Assembly: GCA_963790005.1 (NCBI GenBank)
Contig: CAWBMY010000027.1
Span: 3,213-67,212, forward strand
Direction of reading: 5' to 3'
DNA from: an uncultured Methanoregulaceae archaeon
GTDB lineage: Archaea; Halobacteriota; Methanomicrobia; Methanomicrobiales; Methanospirillaceae
DNA length: 64,000 nt
Made by a program: the position numbers and the translations under genes. This document shows positions 46,775 to 58,967 of this stretch, piece by piece. The notes under the pieces were generated by a model, which worked only from the letters and a program-made list of their open reading frames with translations, did not search any database and was not told the DNA's origin. How positions within the stretch are numbered: the stretch's first letter is position 1; every line of letters starts with the position of its first letter.

Positions 46775-47518
46775 ATGCAGGTTACCTTCCTTGGGACAAA
46801 CGGCTGGTACGATTCCTCCACGGGAAACACGGTCTCGGCGTTGATCTCGGCGCGGGACTACGATATCATCCTCGACGCAGGGAACGGTATTGCAAAGGCC
46901 GACCAGTATATCACGCAGGACAAGCCGGTCTTTCTGTTCCTCAGCCATTTCCACCTTGACCACACGGAAGGGCTCCACACGCTGGTGAAGTTCCGGTTCA
47001 GGAAGGGCCTGACCATCTGCGGGGGGATCGGTACCACGGCAAATCTCGCCGGGCTCGTCCGCGAGCCTTATACGGTGCCGCTCGATCAGGTACCCTTCGC
47101 GGTGACCGTGACCGAACTTGCGGACGGCCTTCACGAACTCCCCTTTAAGGTCACATGCCTGCCGCTTGTCCACCCGGTGCCCTGCATGGGCTACCGGTTC
47201 GAGATCGACGGGAAGGTAGTGACCTACTGCACGGATACGGGCATCTGCGAGAACGCGGTCACGCTCGCACGCGACGCCGACCTCCTCATCACGGAGTGCG
47301 GGTTAAAGCCCGGCGACAAGAGCCCGCTCTGGCCGCACATGAACCCGGAGGATGCAATCCAGTTGCGAAAAGCGGCAGAGGCAAGGCGTCTTGCGCTGAT
47401 GCATTTCGGGGCGGAAGTTTACAAGACCATTGAGGAACGCCGGGCTTTAAAGGGGCAGTTTGAGGAGGAGTGCCCGGGGCTCGTAGTATCCGAAGATGGG
47501 ATGACTATAGATGTATAA
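46775..47518 (+). CDS. Metallo-beta-lactamase fold hydrolase (RNase Z-like)
   Basis: FLGTNG, SHFHLDH, YCTDT. Confidence 0.85.
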   Translation: MQVTFLGTNGWYDSSTGNTVSALISARDYDIILDAGNGIAKADQYITQDKPVFLFLSHFHLDHTEGLHTLVKFRFRKGLTICGGIGTTANLAGLVREPYTVPLDQVPFAVTVTELADGLHELPFKVTCLPLVHPVPCMGYRFEIDGKVVTYCTDTGICENAVTLARDADLLITECGLKPGDKSPLWPHMNPEDAIQLRKAAEARRLALMHFGAEVYKTIEERRALKGQFEEECPGLVVSEDGMTIDV

Positions 47519-47598
47519 GGGAAGACTCCAGGGTGTATATTGCTCCAGAGAATTACCACGGGATCACATTCACATCCGGTTCATTACCCCGACTGTTT

Positions 47599-48288
47599 TC
47601 ATTTTTTGAATTTCGACAGATGCGGGAATATCGCAGCAACTGCACCAATGCTTGCTGCAACGATCCCAAGTATGGATGCAACAATCGTTGGATTATCCAG
47701 CAGCCCTCCTGAAGATGTCGCAGTGGGTTGCACGGTAATTCCCGGAGCAGTTGTAGCGGTTGCCTGGGCGGTTGATCCCGATGATGACCCGGAAGAGGAT
47801 GCACTTAAAGGCGGGAGCGTCCCGAATACATCTGTGATCTGACCGGGAACGACATAAACAGTTCCCTCATAATCGTAGTAACCGCTCAGAGTCAACCTGA
47901 CAATATGATTTCCCGCTGAAATGCCGGTAAGATTCTCCGGAGTGTTCCCATAGAGGACCCCGTCAATGAGAATGCTTGCACCGAGCGGAGAAGATGCGAC
48001 CGTAAGATTTCCGGTTGATGACGGGACAACCGAAGTGCCTGTGGGTACGGCGATCACTGTAGTTACATTTGACACCGCGCTGTTCGTTGTTATCTGTCCG
48101 GGGGTTGCATTTGTCTGAATCACCGTTGGGGTGGCAGTTATGGGATACGTCGTTGCCATTGTCAGATTGGTTTCCGCAAGTGTCGGGATGGTCGTTGAGT
48201 TTGTCGTATTCTGGCTGTCTGCAGCAACAGGGATTACGATCAACGCAATCATAACGAGAATGATGAACTGCGCACGCGTTTTCTTCAC
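47599..48288 (-). CDS. PEGA-domain surface protein
   Basis: VASSPLGASILIDG..YG.TP..ISAGNHIVRLTLSGY; signal peptide and C-terminal TM. Confidence 0.85.
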   Translation of the reverse strand: MKKTRAQFIILVMIALIVIPVAADSQNTTNSTTIPTLAETNLTMATTYPITATPTVIQTNATPGQITTNSAVSNVTTVIAVPTGTSVVPSSTGNLTVASSPLGASILIDGVLYGNTPENLTGISAGNHIVRLTLSGYYDYEGTVYVVPGQITDVFGTLPPLSASSSGSSSGSTAQATATTAPGITVQPTATSSGGLLDNPTIVASILGIVAASIGAVAAIFPHLSKFKK

Positions 48289-48571
48289 GGTAAAATCTCC
48301 TTTATAACAATTTTAGGAATTTCATTTTCCACCCCGGGACCGGAAATCCGGTAAAGGGTGTGATCTCATGTGCATTCCAGCCGGATCAAAGAAAGGGTTT
48401 CATCTCAAGGCCGGGTTTGTTTTCATGTGCAAATATGCTCCCATTGGAGGGAAGCAATCCGCAGAGATTATGATCATGAAAAAGAGTAAGGAGTGCCCGG
48501 TAAGCAGACCGCCCCGGACACCCCCTTCACTTCCCATGAACAAATGGGGTTCTACAGGAGTAAATAATAAT

Positions 48572-49263
48572 TTACTGCTGTTTCTTGGAGAACGAATCGA
48601 GGACCTTGTCCATGATCGCCTCGCTGCGGTTCTTAAGCCCGAATCCGACGATGATCGCAATTGCGGCGCCAAGACCGATACCGATACCCCATGCAATCGG
48701 TGTCACAAATGTGTAGATGATAGTGAGATCAAGTTCCAGCTGTGAGAGGGCAAGAATAGCCGTTACAAAATACAAAAAGACCCGAACCAGAACCAGGACT
48801 GATGAGATGAACTGGACATCCTTCTGGAGTAGTACCGGTTGAGGAAATCGATAAACGCATCGATGAGGATGAAGCCCACAATGAAAATGATCACAAATGC
48901 CACAACATGCGGGATGTACTCGACAACCATCATCATCAGCTGGCTGAGATAGTCCATCTTCAGGATATCTACAGCGGCAAGAACAGCAATGAGGTACACA
49001 ACGATACGGACAGCGATGTCACCGACATAACCAACCGTAAGCCCGGCGTTCTTGAACGATCCGCGGATTGACGCTACATCGGCACCTTCTTCCACGATAT
49101 GCTGTTCACTGATCTTATCCAGTACGATCCGGACTGCCCTGCCAAGCAGACGGCCGACAATCCAGCCGATAATCAGAACAACAAGTGCACCCACGATACC
49201 GGGGACGTACATCATAAGCGTTTCATACCATCGATTTAACAGACTACCAAATACAGGATCCAT
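48572..49263 (-). CDS. TM_helix-repeat membrane protein (MscS-associated type), frameshifted
   Basis: YVPGIVGALVVLIIGWIVG and YIPHVVAFVII repeats; GLGAAIAIIVGFG. Confidence 0.75.
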
Positions 49264-49415
49264 ACAATTTTCCTCTTTTCATCGATAAAAATTTACAAAA
49301 TCAGATTGAACTTTTTTCTATATAGAAGTTTCCCTCATTTATTATACATGTTTGTGATTAACAACAATTATAAATGTAGATTTGGCCATATAATTCAACA
49401 GGAAACCCGCTTTAT

Positions 49416-50775
49416 ATGATGCTGAATTACCCGCAGGAACTTGCCAGCATAAAGAACCTTCTCAGGCAGAATCCGGAAGGGATGAGTGTTACCGACATAG
49501 CAAAGGCGCTCAAGAAGAACAAGAACACAACAGGTCGTTATCTGGATATTCTTCTTATCTCCGGGCAGGTTGACATGCGGACATACGGGATGGCAAAAGT
49601 CTTTACCCTCTCGCAGAGGGTTCCGCTCTCGGCGGTGCTCAGTTATTCAAAAGACCTGATCATGGTCCTTGACAAGGAGTCCCGTATTGCAGATATCAAT
49701 GACAATTTCCTCAATCTCCTGAACCTCACACGGAAGGATGCGGTCGGAAAAAATATCACGTATCTCAAATCTCCCGGGGCTGATGTGCACGAGCTTGTCA
49801 ATTCGCTTATAACAACACCATCAGAAGAGGGACGTAAGCACACTTTCATTCCAGGTAAAAGAGACCGGGGAGCGCATTTTCAAACAAAAATCAATCCCCA
49901 CGGTGTTTGACGATGGGGCAAGAGGAGTTACGATCATCCTTTCCGATGTCACCGAAGATATCCTGCGGGAACGGGAACTTCGGGACCGGGAAGAGCGGTT
50001 CCGGATGATGGCGGAGAACATCCAGGATGGCCTGCTCATCCTTGAGAATGAAAAAAACACTTTTGTGAACAACCGTTTTGCGGAAATTACCGGGTATTCG
50101 TTTGAAGAATTATGGGCGATGGACCCTCTCGCCATCATCGCACCGGAAGACCGGGACATGTTGAAGCCAATCCTAGAACTCCGTAATAAACCCCAGCAGG
50201 GCCTTTTTGAGTTCCAGGCCAACGTCCGGAGAAAAGATGGCGTATACCGTCACGTGTATGTACGGATCACCAGTCTCCAGCACGAGAACATCATGTACAC
50301 CTTCATCATCATGACCGATGTCACCGAACTTGTGTCAAAAGATGCGGCTCTTTTTGAAAGCGAGCAGAGATTCAGGATGATGGCGGAGAACATTCAGGAT
50401 GTCCTTATGATCATCGAGAATGAGAAGGTTGTTTATTCCAACAGGCGCCTCATGGAGATCAGTGGTTATTCCGAAGAAGAACTGCGTGCGATGAATCCCA
50501 ATGATATCATAGATCCTGAAGACCTTGCGAAGATGGAAGAACTCGCAAAGAAATCCATGACGTGCACAGGACCCCCGGTCGCATTCCAGAGCTGGATACG
50601 CTGCAAGAATGGCGAAAGGCGGTACATATATGGGCACATCAATTCAGTTCGGCATGAAGAGACCATCAGCACCTACATCACGATGACCGATGTGACAGAA
50701 TTTGCACAGCGTGAACAGGAATTACTGGCCCGGATTAAGGCACTGGAAACCTCTGGAGCCTGCATTCAGCAATAA
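49416..50775 (+). CDS. wHTH plus three-PAS one-component regulator, frameshifted near 49850
   Basis: NPEGMSVTDIAKAL...GRYLDILLISGQV; repeated EERFRMMAENIQD PAS starts; no kinase domain. Confidence 0.82.
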
Positions 50776-51218
50776 ACGTTTCGCAATAATGGGGAATATA
50801 CTTCCCCAACATGTGCGAGACCGTCCCTTTTATCAGATTTTTTAACGACATTTGAAAGATACGTTCTGATAGCATCAGTATGTTTTATTCCCTGACGTTG
50901 TAGAACCTGATTCCTAAATGAACGGCGTTTTATAGGAAGTATTAGAGGATAATGTAAAAATCCAGATTTTCTTAAAAATTGTCAAGACTCCAAGCCCCGG
51001 AGTTATTCCCGGTTTTTGTTTTTCGTATTGCAACATGGTGAATTTTTGAATTGTAGAGCGGACATATTTATAATAGTTATGTATGACCAATAAAGCGAAT
51101 TTTTATATATTTAAAATTCTAACAGGTACAAGGTTTTGAAACATTATCGAGGATTTTCATGAAGAACAGTATTCCCAATAGATCTTTCAATGAACCGACA
51201 AATACCCCTGCCTGCACG

Positions 51219-52529
51219 ATGAGGTGTGCCCACCCGAAACTCCTGCGGGCAGCAGGCTTGTTTTTTCTGGTGCTTGCGCTGCTCGCCGTTTCCCCGGTGA
51301 TGGCCGGCACAAAATTCATGACCGGCAGCCCCGACCTGAGCGCGTCTATCGCGGGGACCAACGAGTTTTCCCCGGGAGACGATGTCAACCTCCAGGTTGT
51401 CATCGGGAACACGGGACTCAACCAGTATAAGATCATCCAGTCCGGGATAATAGATCCAAGCGATCTCTCCAGCACGGCAAAACAGCTGACCGTTGCCCTC
51501 GGGGCATCCGATACCCCGATCGTCATCAAAGCCGACCCCCAGGTGGTCGGTGATCTCCTGGCAAGCACCACCGCCACCGCGACATTCCATATCAAGGTCA
51601 ACCAGGATGCCCCGGCGGGGACCTACCAGGTCCCGGTCGTCCTGAACTACACGTACCTGTACCAGGCCGAGCAGGAAGGCACCGACACCCTGAATTACCA
51701 GTACAAGACGGTAAACGAGAGCATCACCCTCCCGATCAAGATAAAATCCGAAGTGCAGATCGCGGTTCCCGACGTTGACGCTGAGAACCTGAACGCGGGG
51801 AACGAGGGATACGTCAATGTAACGATTAAGAATATCGGGTATGAAGAAGGCCGGAATGCGGCAGTCCGGATCCAGCAGAATGACAACAGCCCGGTCACGC
51901 CCTCAGAGGGAAGCGTCTATATCGGGGATTTCCCGGTCGGCGCGGTGGTTACCTGCCAGTTCAGGGTGATGGTCGCAAGCGATGCCCAGCAGAAGACCTA
52001 TCCGCTCGATGTGCTGGTGAACTATAAGAATTCCGAAGGGGATTATGTGGATTCCGCAATCGAGACGGTCGGGGTTCCCGTCGGAGAAAAAGTGGACTTT
52101 AACGTGACGCCGATAAGCACCTCCATTGCGCCGGGCGCGAAATCCGTGATCACGGTCCGGTACCAGAACACCGGCGGGGCTACGGCATATAATGCCCAGG
52201 CACGGATCAGCGCGGTCGACCCGTTCACGAGCAACGACGATACGGCCTTCCTGGGCACGATGGCGCCCGGGGATGTCCGTGATGCGGCGTTCGATGTCTC
52301 GGTCGATGCGGGCGCGACGGTGAAAGAATACGGGCTTGACTCCGAGGTTATCTACCGCGACTCGCTCAATAACCAGTTTACCTCCGACCCCATGAAGGTC
52401 AATGTCCAGGTCGTCCCGGCGAAGAAGATTACCGACCTGTTCAGCCTGCCGGTGATCATCGCCATTATCCTCGTGATCCTTGCCGCTGCTGGTTACCTGG
52501 TCTACACGAAACGCTTCAAACCCCAGTGA
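51219..52529 (+). CDS. COG1361 S-layer-domain protein
   Basis: Signal peptide, GTNEFSPG, ARISAVDPF, YGLDSEVIYRD, C-terminal TM. Confidence 0.85.
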   Translation: MRCAHPKLLRAAGLFFLVLALLAVSPVMAGTKFMTGSPDLSASIAGTNEFSPGDDVNLQVVIGNTGLNQYKIIQSGIIDPSDLSSTAKQLTVALGASDTPIVIKADPQVVGDLLASTTATATFHIKVNQDAPAGTYQVPVVLNYTYLYQAEQEGTDTLNYQYKTVNESITLPIKIKSEVQIAVPDVDAENLNAGNEGYVNVTIKNIGYEEGRNAAVRIQQNDNSPVTPSEGSVYIGDFPVGAVVTCQFRVMVASDAQQKTYPLDVLVNYKNSEGDYVDSAIETVGVPVGEKVDFNVTPISTSIAPGAKSVITVRYQNTGGATAYNAQARISAVDPFTSNDDTAFLGTMAPGDVRDAAFDVSVDAGATVKEYGLDSEVIYRDSLNNQFTSDPMKVNVQVVPAKKITDLFSLPVIIAIILVILAAAGYLVYTKRFKPQ

Positions 52530-52579
52530 TACCGTGAGAATCCTCATAATAGCACCAATTTACAGAAGAGGACAAGACT

Positions 52580-54900
52580 ATGATCGATCAGATCTTCAGT
52601 ACACTCGCACGGTTCGTCAACCACCGGCCCAAACTGGTGGTCGGCATCATCGGGGTGGTTTTTGTCATTGCCCTTGTCGGCATGACGATGATCACCATGC
52701 AGACCGGCAACGATACCTATCTGGACAAGAATTCACCGGAGGGTATCGCGAACAACCAGTACACCAATACCTTTGCCGCAGATTCCCTCATCCTGATCGT
52801 TGAGACAAATGACCCGCTGAACCCCCAGGTGCTCAACTACCTGGACCGGCTGGAAGGCGATATCCGGCAGCAGCAGAACATTGCCAGTGCCTCAAGCATC
52901 GTGGATATCCTCAAAAGTGAGAATAACGGTGTCCTGCCGCAGTCAAAAGGGCAGATCGACACCCTCGTCCAGCAGATCCCCGAAGCGACACGGCAGGTCG
53001 CTGTTCCCTCAAACGTCCTCACGCTCGTACAGATCCCGCTGGATGAAGGCCTCTCTGACGATACCAAAACTGCCACCCTCAGTAACATCCAGTCCCTTGT
53101 CGACAGTTCCCAGCCCCCGGCGGGTGTGAAGGTGACGGTCTCCGGCAGTCCGGCGTTCACCGCCCAGATGAAAGCGGCGATGGGCTCCCAGATGGGGATC
53201 CTGATCGGCGCCGCCATGATCCTGATGGTCATCGTCATGGGCCTGCTCTTCTCCTACGTGAGCTACCGGTTCCTGCCCGGTCGTTTTGTGGGCCTTGGCC
53301 TCAGCACGGCCCTTGGCCTGATGGGGCTTGCCGGTATCCAGCTCAACATGGCGGTGATGGGGGCGTTCCCGGTCATGATCGGCCTCGGGATCGATTACGC
53401 GATCCAGTTCCACGCCCGGCTGGACGAGGAGTCCCGGAAAGGGTCGCTGGACGATGCCGTGTTCATGACCATCACCCGGACCGGCCCGGCGGTGATGTAC
53501 GCAATGCTGGCGACGTCGCTCGGGTTTTGCGCCATGTTCATCTCCACCGTCCCCATGATCCAGTCCTTCGGCCTCGTGGCCATGATCGGGATCATGAGCT
53601 GCTACTGTATCTCGCTGGTGGGCATACCGGCCATCGCCCTTGTTATTCACTACAAACCAAAACAGCAGGCCCCGCAGGTCTGCTACGCGGTGGGTGATAA
53701 GGCCTGTGATACCCTCCCGGCACCAAAAAAGAGCTCGTGGTCCTACGGCCAGTTCCTCACCAGCACTTCGGTCAAGATCGCAAAAAACCCGGTCCCGATC
53801 CTCCTTATTGCAGCGCTCATCGCCGTAATCGGGTTCCAGCTTGATCCCCTCATCGCCATCGAAGCAAACGAGAACAATTTCGTCCCAAGCGACATGCCCG
53901 GCAAAGATCCAGATGGACAAGGTCACACGGATCCTTGGGGCGACGAGTACCGCCGACTTCTACGTTGAGGGCGGCAGGGTCACAGACCTCGATACGATAC
54001 AATGGATGAAATCGTTCCAGGATTTCGAACTGTCCAGACATTCGGAACTGACGTCATCGACCAGTATCGTGACATACATTCTCGCCTATAACGGCGGGGA
54101 GATGCCCCAGACCCAGAGCCAGCTCGACCGGGTGCTCGACAAAATACCCTCCAGCATAAAAGACCAGTATATCAGCGGGTCGATGCGGGGCGTTATTCAC
54201 TTTAGAACTATTTCCCTCCAGATCCCCCAGGAAGAGGATCTCAAGAAAGTAGATGGTCAGTGATATCGCATTCCTCCAGCCCCCACCGGGGATCACCGTC
54301 CAGCCCGTGGGAAGCTTCGATATTATGACCACCCTCATCGGAGGGCTTTCATCCTCAAAGGATGACATGACCTATCTCGGCTTCGGGCTGATCTTTGTGT
54401 TCCTGGCCCTCGTGTACCGGCACATCCACGCAATCTCACCGCTCATCCCGATCGTTCTGGTCGTCGGATGGAACTCGGTGGCGATGTATATTCTGGGCAT
54501 CTCGTCCTCCCCGCTGACGGCGACCCTCGGGTCGATGACCATCGGGGTGGCTGCGGAATATACGATCCTCGTGATGGAGAGGTACAGCGAGGAGGAGGAG
54601 CGCCTGCATGACCATATTGCCGCAATCAAGGAAAGCGTGAACAGGATCGGGACCGCCATCACGGTCTCGGGACTTGCCACATTCTTTGGGTTCTCGGCAC
54701 TCTGCCTCGCCAGTTTCCCCATCATGAGTAACTTCGGCACCACGACCCTTATCGCCGTCGGGTTCTCGCTTATCGGCGCGATCTTCATTATGCCCGCGGT
54801 ACTCTCCCTCATGGGCCAGTTCACCGAATGGCTGGAGAAAAGAAAGTTGCCTTCAGGAGTCAACTCCGGGGGACGTGACGAAGCAGAGACTCCAGACTAA
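52580..54900 (+). CDS. RND/MMPL (HAE3-type) transporter, frameshifted
   Basis: IGLGIDYAIQF and TIGVAAEYTIL duplicated TM bundles. Confidence 0.9.
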
Positions 54901-54930
54901 TCAAAAAATGCATTATAGAAGGTATATCTC

Positions 54931-56229
54931 ATGAAAGTCTACAACGCAGTTGCCCTCCTGATCCTCGCAGCAGTCATCTGCTTCAGCACGCCCGCTCTGG
55001 GTGCGGACAAATATCTGGGGGGAACCCCGGAAATAACAGCATACCTCACCGGAGTAAACGAGTTCTCCCCGGGACAGGATGCCACGATAACGGTGGTCAT
55101 AGAGAACAGCGGAACAAATGCTGCGGTATTTATCGATCAGAGTAAATTGACCCGAGACGATCTCCCCACCACGGCAAAACTCGTCACGGCAGGATTCTCG
55201 TCCGGGGGCGCTCCGATCAACATCACGACCAACCCGCAGAACCTTGGTGACATCCCCAGTCCGGGGATGACCACCGCGAGTTTTACCGCGAAGATCACCT
55301 CGGACGCGACGCTCGGCGAATACACTCTCCCCCTGACCGTCCAGTACAGGTACCTCGCGAACAGCCTTGCCAACCAGCCGACAAGTCAGATTATCCAGGA
55401 CCAGTACACCCCGGTGACTGTGACGATCCCGCTCACGATCAAGATAAAACCGGTCGTCCAGATTGACGTGCAGAAAGCCGACGCGCCGAACCTTGTCGTG
55501 GGAATGGAAGGGTACGTCAACCTGACGATCAAGAACATCGGCTACGAAGACGGGAAACAGGCGACGGTCACGATCAAAAGACACGGTGACAGCGCCGTGA
55601 TCCCGACCGACGATAATGTCTATATCGGGGATTTCAAAAGAGATGGAGTCATTACCTGCCTGTACAAGGTCGCCGTCTCCAGCGATGCGCAGCAGCAGTC
55701 CTATCCTATCGATGTGGACGTGACTTATACGAACGCTGAGGGCGACACGGTGATTTCGGCGATCGATACCGTCGGCGTGCCGGTGGAAAACAAACTCAGT
55801 TTTGTTGTTCTGTCACCTCCGGCGGTCGTTACGCAGGGAACATCCAGCGTGATCACCGTGGTCTACCGGAATACGGGATCGGTTACGGCACACCAGGCAC
55901 AGGCCCGACTCTCGGCGGTTGATCCACTGTCAAGCTCGGACACCAATGCGTACCTTGGGGATATACCGCCCGGTGGGAACGTGACCGCTCAGTACGCAAT
56001 AACCGCCGCAAGCGGGGCAGCGCCCGGGACCTATGCGCTCGATACTGAGGTCAGGTACCGTGATGCCCTCGATAACAGCCAGATCTCCGATACCTTTAAG
56101 GCACCGGTCACTGTTGTCACGCAACCAGAATCCGAGAGGCGATTGCAGATCCCCGCTGCACTTACTATTATCGTACTCATCCTGATCGGTACAGGGTACT
56201 ACGTGCTTGTGATGCGAAAGAAACGATGA
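54931..56229 (+). CDS. COG1361 S-layer-domain protein
   Basis: Paralog of 51219..52529. Confidence 0.85.
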   Translation: MKVYNAVALLILAAVICFSTPALGADKYLGGTPEITAYLTGVNEFSPGQDATITVVIENSGTNAAVFIDQSKLTRDDLPTTAKLVTAGFSSGGAPINITTNPQNLGDIPSPGMTTASFTAKITSDATLGEYTLPLTVQYRYLANSLANQPTSQIIQDQYTPVTVTIPLTIKIKPVVQIDVQKADAPNLVVGMEGYVNLTIKNIGYEDGKQATVTIKRHGDSAVIPTDDNVYIGDFKRDGVITCLYKVAVSSDAQQQSYPIDVDVTYTNAEGDTVISAIDTVGVPVENKLSFVVLSPPAVVTQGTSSVITVVYRNTGSVTAHQAQARLSAVDPLSSSDTNAYLGDIPPGGNVTAQYAITAASGAAPGTYALDTEVRYRDALDNSQISDTFKAPVTVVTQPESERRLQIPAALTIIVLILIGTGYYVLVMRKKR

Positions 56230-56241
56230 TGAGGTAAAATA

Positions 56242-57577
56242 ATGGCACATATGTTAACGGTTACAAAAATCTCTGACATGATGGTCCCGGTAGGCCGGCA
56301 GGGAGCAATACTCATCGTTCTCCTTGTTTGTCTGGTAACACCGGCGCTGGCCGGAACAAACTACCTGGATGGCACCCCGAACCTGACCGCGTATATATCT
56401 GGGACAAACGAGTACCAGGCCGGCGGCGACATCCAGGTAGCAGTCGTCATCGAAAACAACGGGATGAGCCTGGACAAGCAGGTAGCATCAAATATCATCG
56501 ACCGGGACGATCCACCCACCACGGCAAAGTTTGTCACGGTCGCCATGTCGGCCGGTGATGCCCCGCTGGTCATAAAATCGGACCCCCGGATGATCGGCGA
56601 TCTCGCCAGCCAGACCCGGAAAACCGTCGTCTTTGATGCGAAGATAAATGCGGATGCTCCCGCCGGCACGTATGCAGTTCCGCTGAATATCACGTATACC
56701 AGGATTGATTCTGTCGGCCAGTACCAGGTCGATTCGTTCCGGTATTACTACGTGCAGGACAACGTAACCGTTACGGTTCCACTGGTCATTAAACCGGAGG
56801 TGATCCCGGAGGTAGTCTCGGCAACATCCGACCAGCTGGTTGCGGGCGCGGACGGATACGTGAATGTAACGCTCAAAAATATCGGCACGCTGTACGGCAC
56901 AAAGGCCACCGTGGAAATTCTCCAGGATGACAGCAGCCCGGTAACACCCGTTGACAGCAGCGTGTATATCGGCGACTTTCCGGCAGGCAGCACCGTCTCC
57001 TGCCAGTACAAGGTAACGGTGGGAAAGGACGCGGAGAATAAAACGTATCCGATTGACGTCGTCGTGGTCTACCGGAATAACGAAGGGGATTTCGTTACGT
57101 CCCGGACCGAGACCGTGGGCGTGACCGTGGGGAACAAAGTGGATTTTGTGATCCTTTCGCCCCCGGCCGAGATGAGCCCGGGCAGTAAGAAGATCATTGA
57201 GGTGGAATACAAAAATGTCGGGAACTCGACGATCAGGAGCGCTCAGGCTCGGCTCAGTGTGGTCGACCCGTTTACCGAGTACTGCCGATGTTGCTTATCT
57301 GGGAGATCTCGCGCCGGGGCAGTCCTCGGTGGCGTCGTTTCAGCTCAGTGCGGCAAGCGATGCGACCATCAAAGAATACGGGCTTGATTCGGAGATCCGG
57401 TACCTCGATGCTCTCGATGATACCTACATCTCCGACCCGATGAAAGTCTCGATCGATGTGAAAAACCTGACCGGCCTCGCTGGGATCGTATCCAACACGG
57501 TTTACCTTTCCCTTCTGGTCGCGGCGATTATTGGAATTGTCTATGCGATCCTGCACTTCAGGAAAAAGCAGAAATGA
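56242..57577 (+). CDS. COG1361 S-layer-domain protein, frameshifted near 57280
   Basis: Third paralog; ARLSVVDPF, YGLDSEIRYLD. Confidence 0.83.
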
Positions 57578-57753
57578 AGGCGTTGCTGCATTTGTGTTGG
57601 ATTTTTTTACAAGTGGTACCGGAGAAGCCATCACCGCAAACGGGGTCCAGAACACGAGCTGGATCCACTCTTTTTTCCTTGCTGAACCACATCACCATCT
57701 CATTCAATCCGGGCTTGATTTTGCCCCCGATCGGTATTGGGCGACCCGAAAAG

Positions 57754-58047
57754 AAGCCCGTATTGGGACCCGTTTAAAATAAGCCCAAATAAGTCGTATT
57801 TTTGAAAACGGACAGATTAAAACGGACCCCATAACAGGGTTCTTTTGGCCGATCTCATGTCAAATTACCATTTACAAGGTCCGAAACCATTTACAAGGTC
57901 CGAAAAAAAGAGACCGCCAGAACGCGAATATGAGGCATTTGTGGGCATTATATAGAGCTCATTTCAGGAGTATTTTGGCGAACAGACTGATATAAAACCC
58001 TGAAATTTCAAACGGCGCAATCGCACGGTTTTACGGACGATCTTTTG
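57754..58047. repeat. Dispersed non-coding repeat, copy 2, with internal 2x19-bp tandem duplication
   Basis: Collinear with 30261-30535; ACCATTTACAAGGTCCGAA at 57867-57885 and 57886-57904. Confidence 0.8.
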
Positions 58048-58326
58048 TCAACGACCCTGATGGCAGCCTGGGTCTGATGAAGTATCCTTTGCCGCTGGTT
58101 CACCGGTCTTTGCGATCTCATAAACCTTTCATCGCCAACCAGTCTGCCATTGAAAAATCCTGTGCAGCAGATATCACGATCCACTGAATGAAAAAAATAT
58201 TTCATTATCCACCATGGGATCCTACGCTGCCAGAAAAACGAAGCACCGGAATTGTCCGATGTTGCCCGGTGAAATTTTTTCAATTGCCGAAAATTTCATT
58301 AGATCAGCAGGGAATTACCAGATATC

Positions 58327-58707
58327 ATGCGTGCCGGTTTTCTTTTCCCTGAAACTATGCTGGTATGCATACTGGTTTCAGTACTTGCCACAGGGTGCAT
58401 GCAGATACCGGGCTTCCACTGGATTGGATCCTCACCGGATCCGGTGGTCGGCCAGTGGGTGGGAGGTGAACCACCCCAGACCGATTTCCACATGATTTTC
58501 TATGAGAACCAGACATACCTGTATTCCTCGTATTACCTGCAACGCGGAGAGCAGGTCGAACAGGGGAACTGGACAAAGACCGGCCAAGGGCAATATGTCG
58601 CAGAGTCCCGGACAGGAAATACCACGCTCTGGATCTACGATTCTTCAGATGACTCGCTGCACATCAACGGTATGCCACTCTTCCGGTACACCCGGTACAA
58701 AGGATAA
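58327..58707 (+). CDS. Hypothetical lipoprotein
   Basis: LATGC lipobox; DPVVGQW. Confidence 0.65.
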   Translation: MRAGFLFPETMLVCILVSVLATGCMQIPGFHWIGSSPDPVVGQWVGGEPPQTDFHMIFYENQTYLYSSYYLQRGEQVEQGNWTKTGQGQYVAESRTGNTTLWIYDSSDDSLHINGMPLFRYTRYKG

Positions 58708-58967
58708 CGTTCTCCTTTCCGCGTTCGGCACCCTTATGACCTTTTTTTAGAGGATACCGGCAGGCAGCATACCGGCGGCGGGACCTGCCGGGTGCGTGGC
58801 GCGGGTGCAATAATTGTCAGGTTATTATTACAAAAAGGATTTTTTAACAAACATCACAATTGTCATTCATCTGACATGCATTTATACAATCACTTTTGAA
58901 GCGTCGTATACGCAACTACCGGTCTCGTGAAAAACCTTCGGACCGGGAAGCGTACGAGGCGGTCTTT

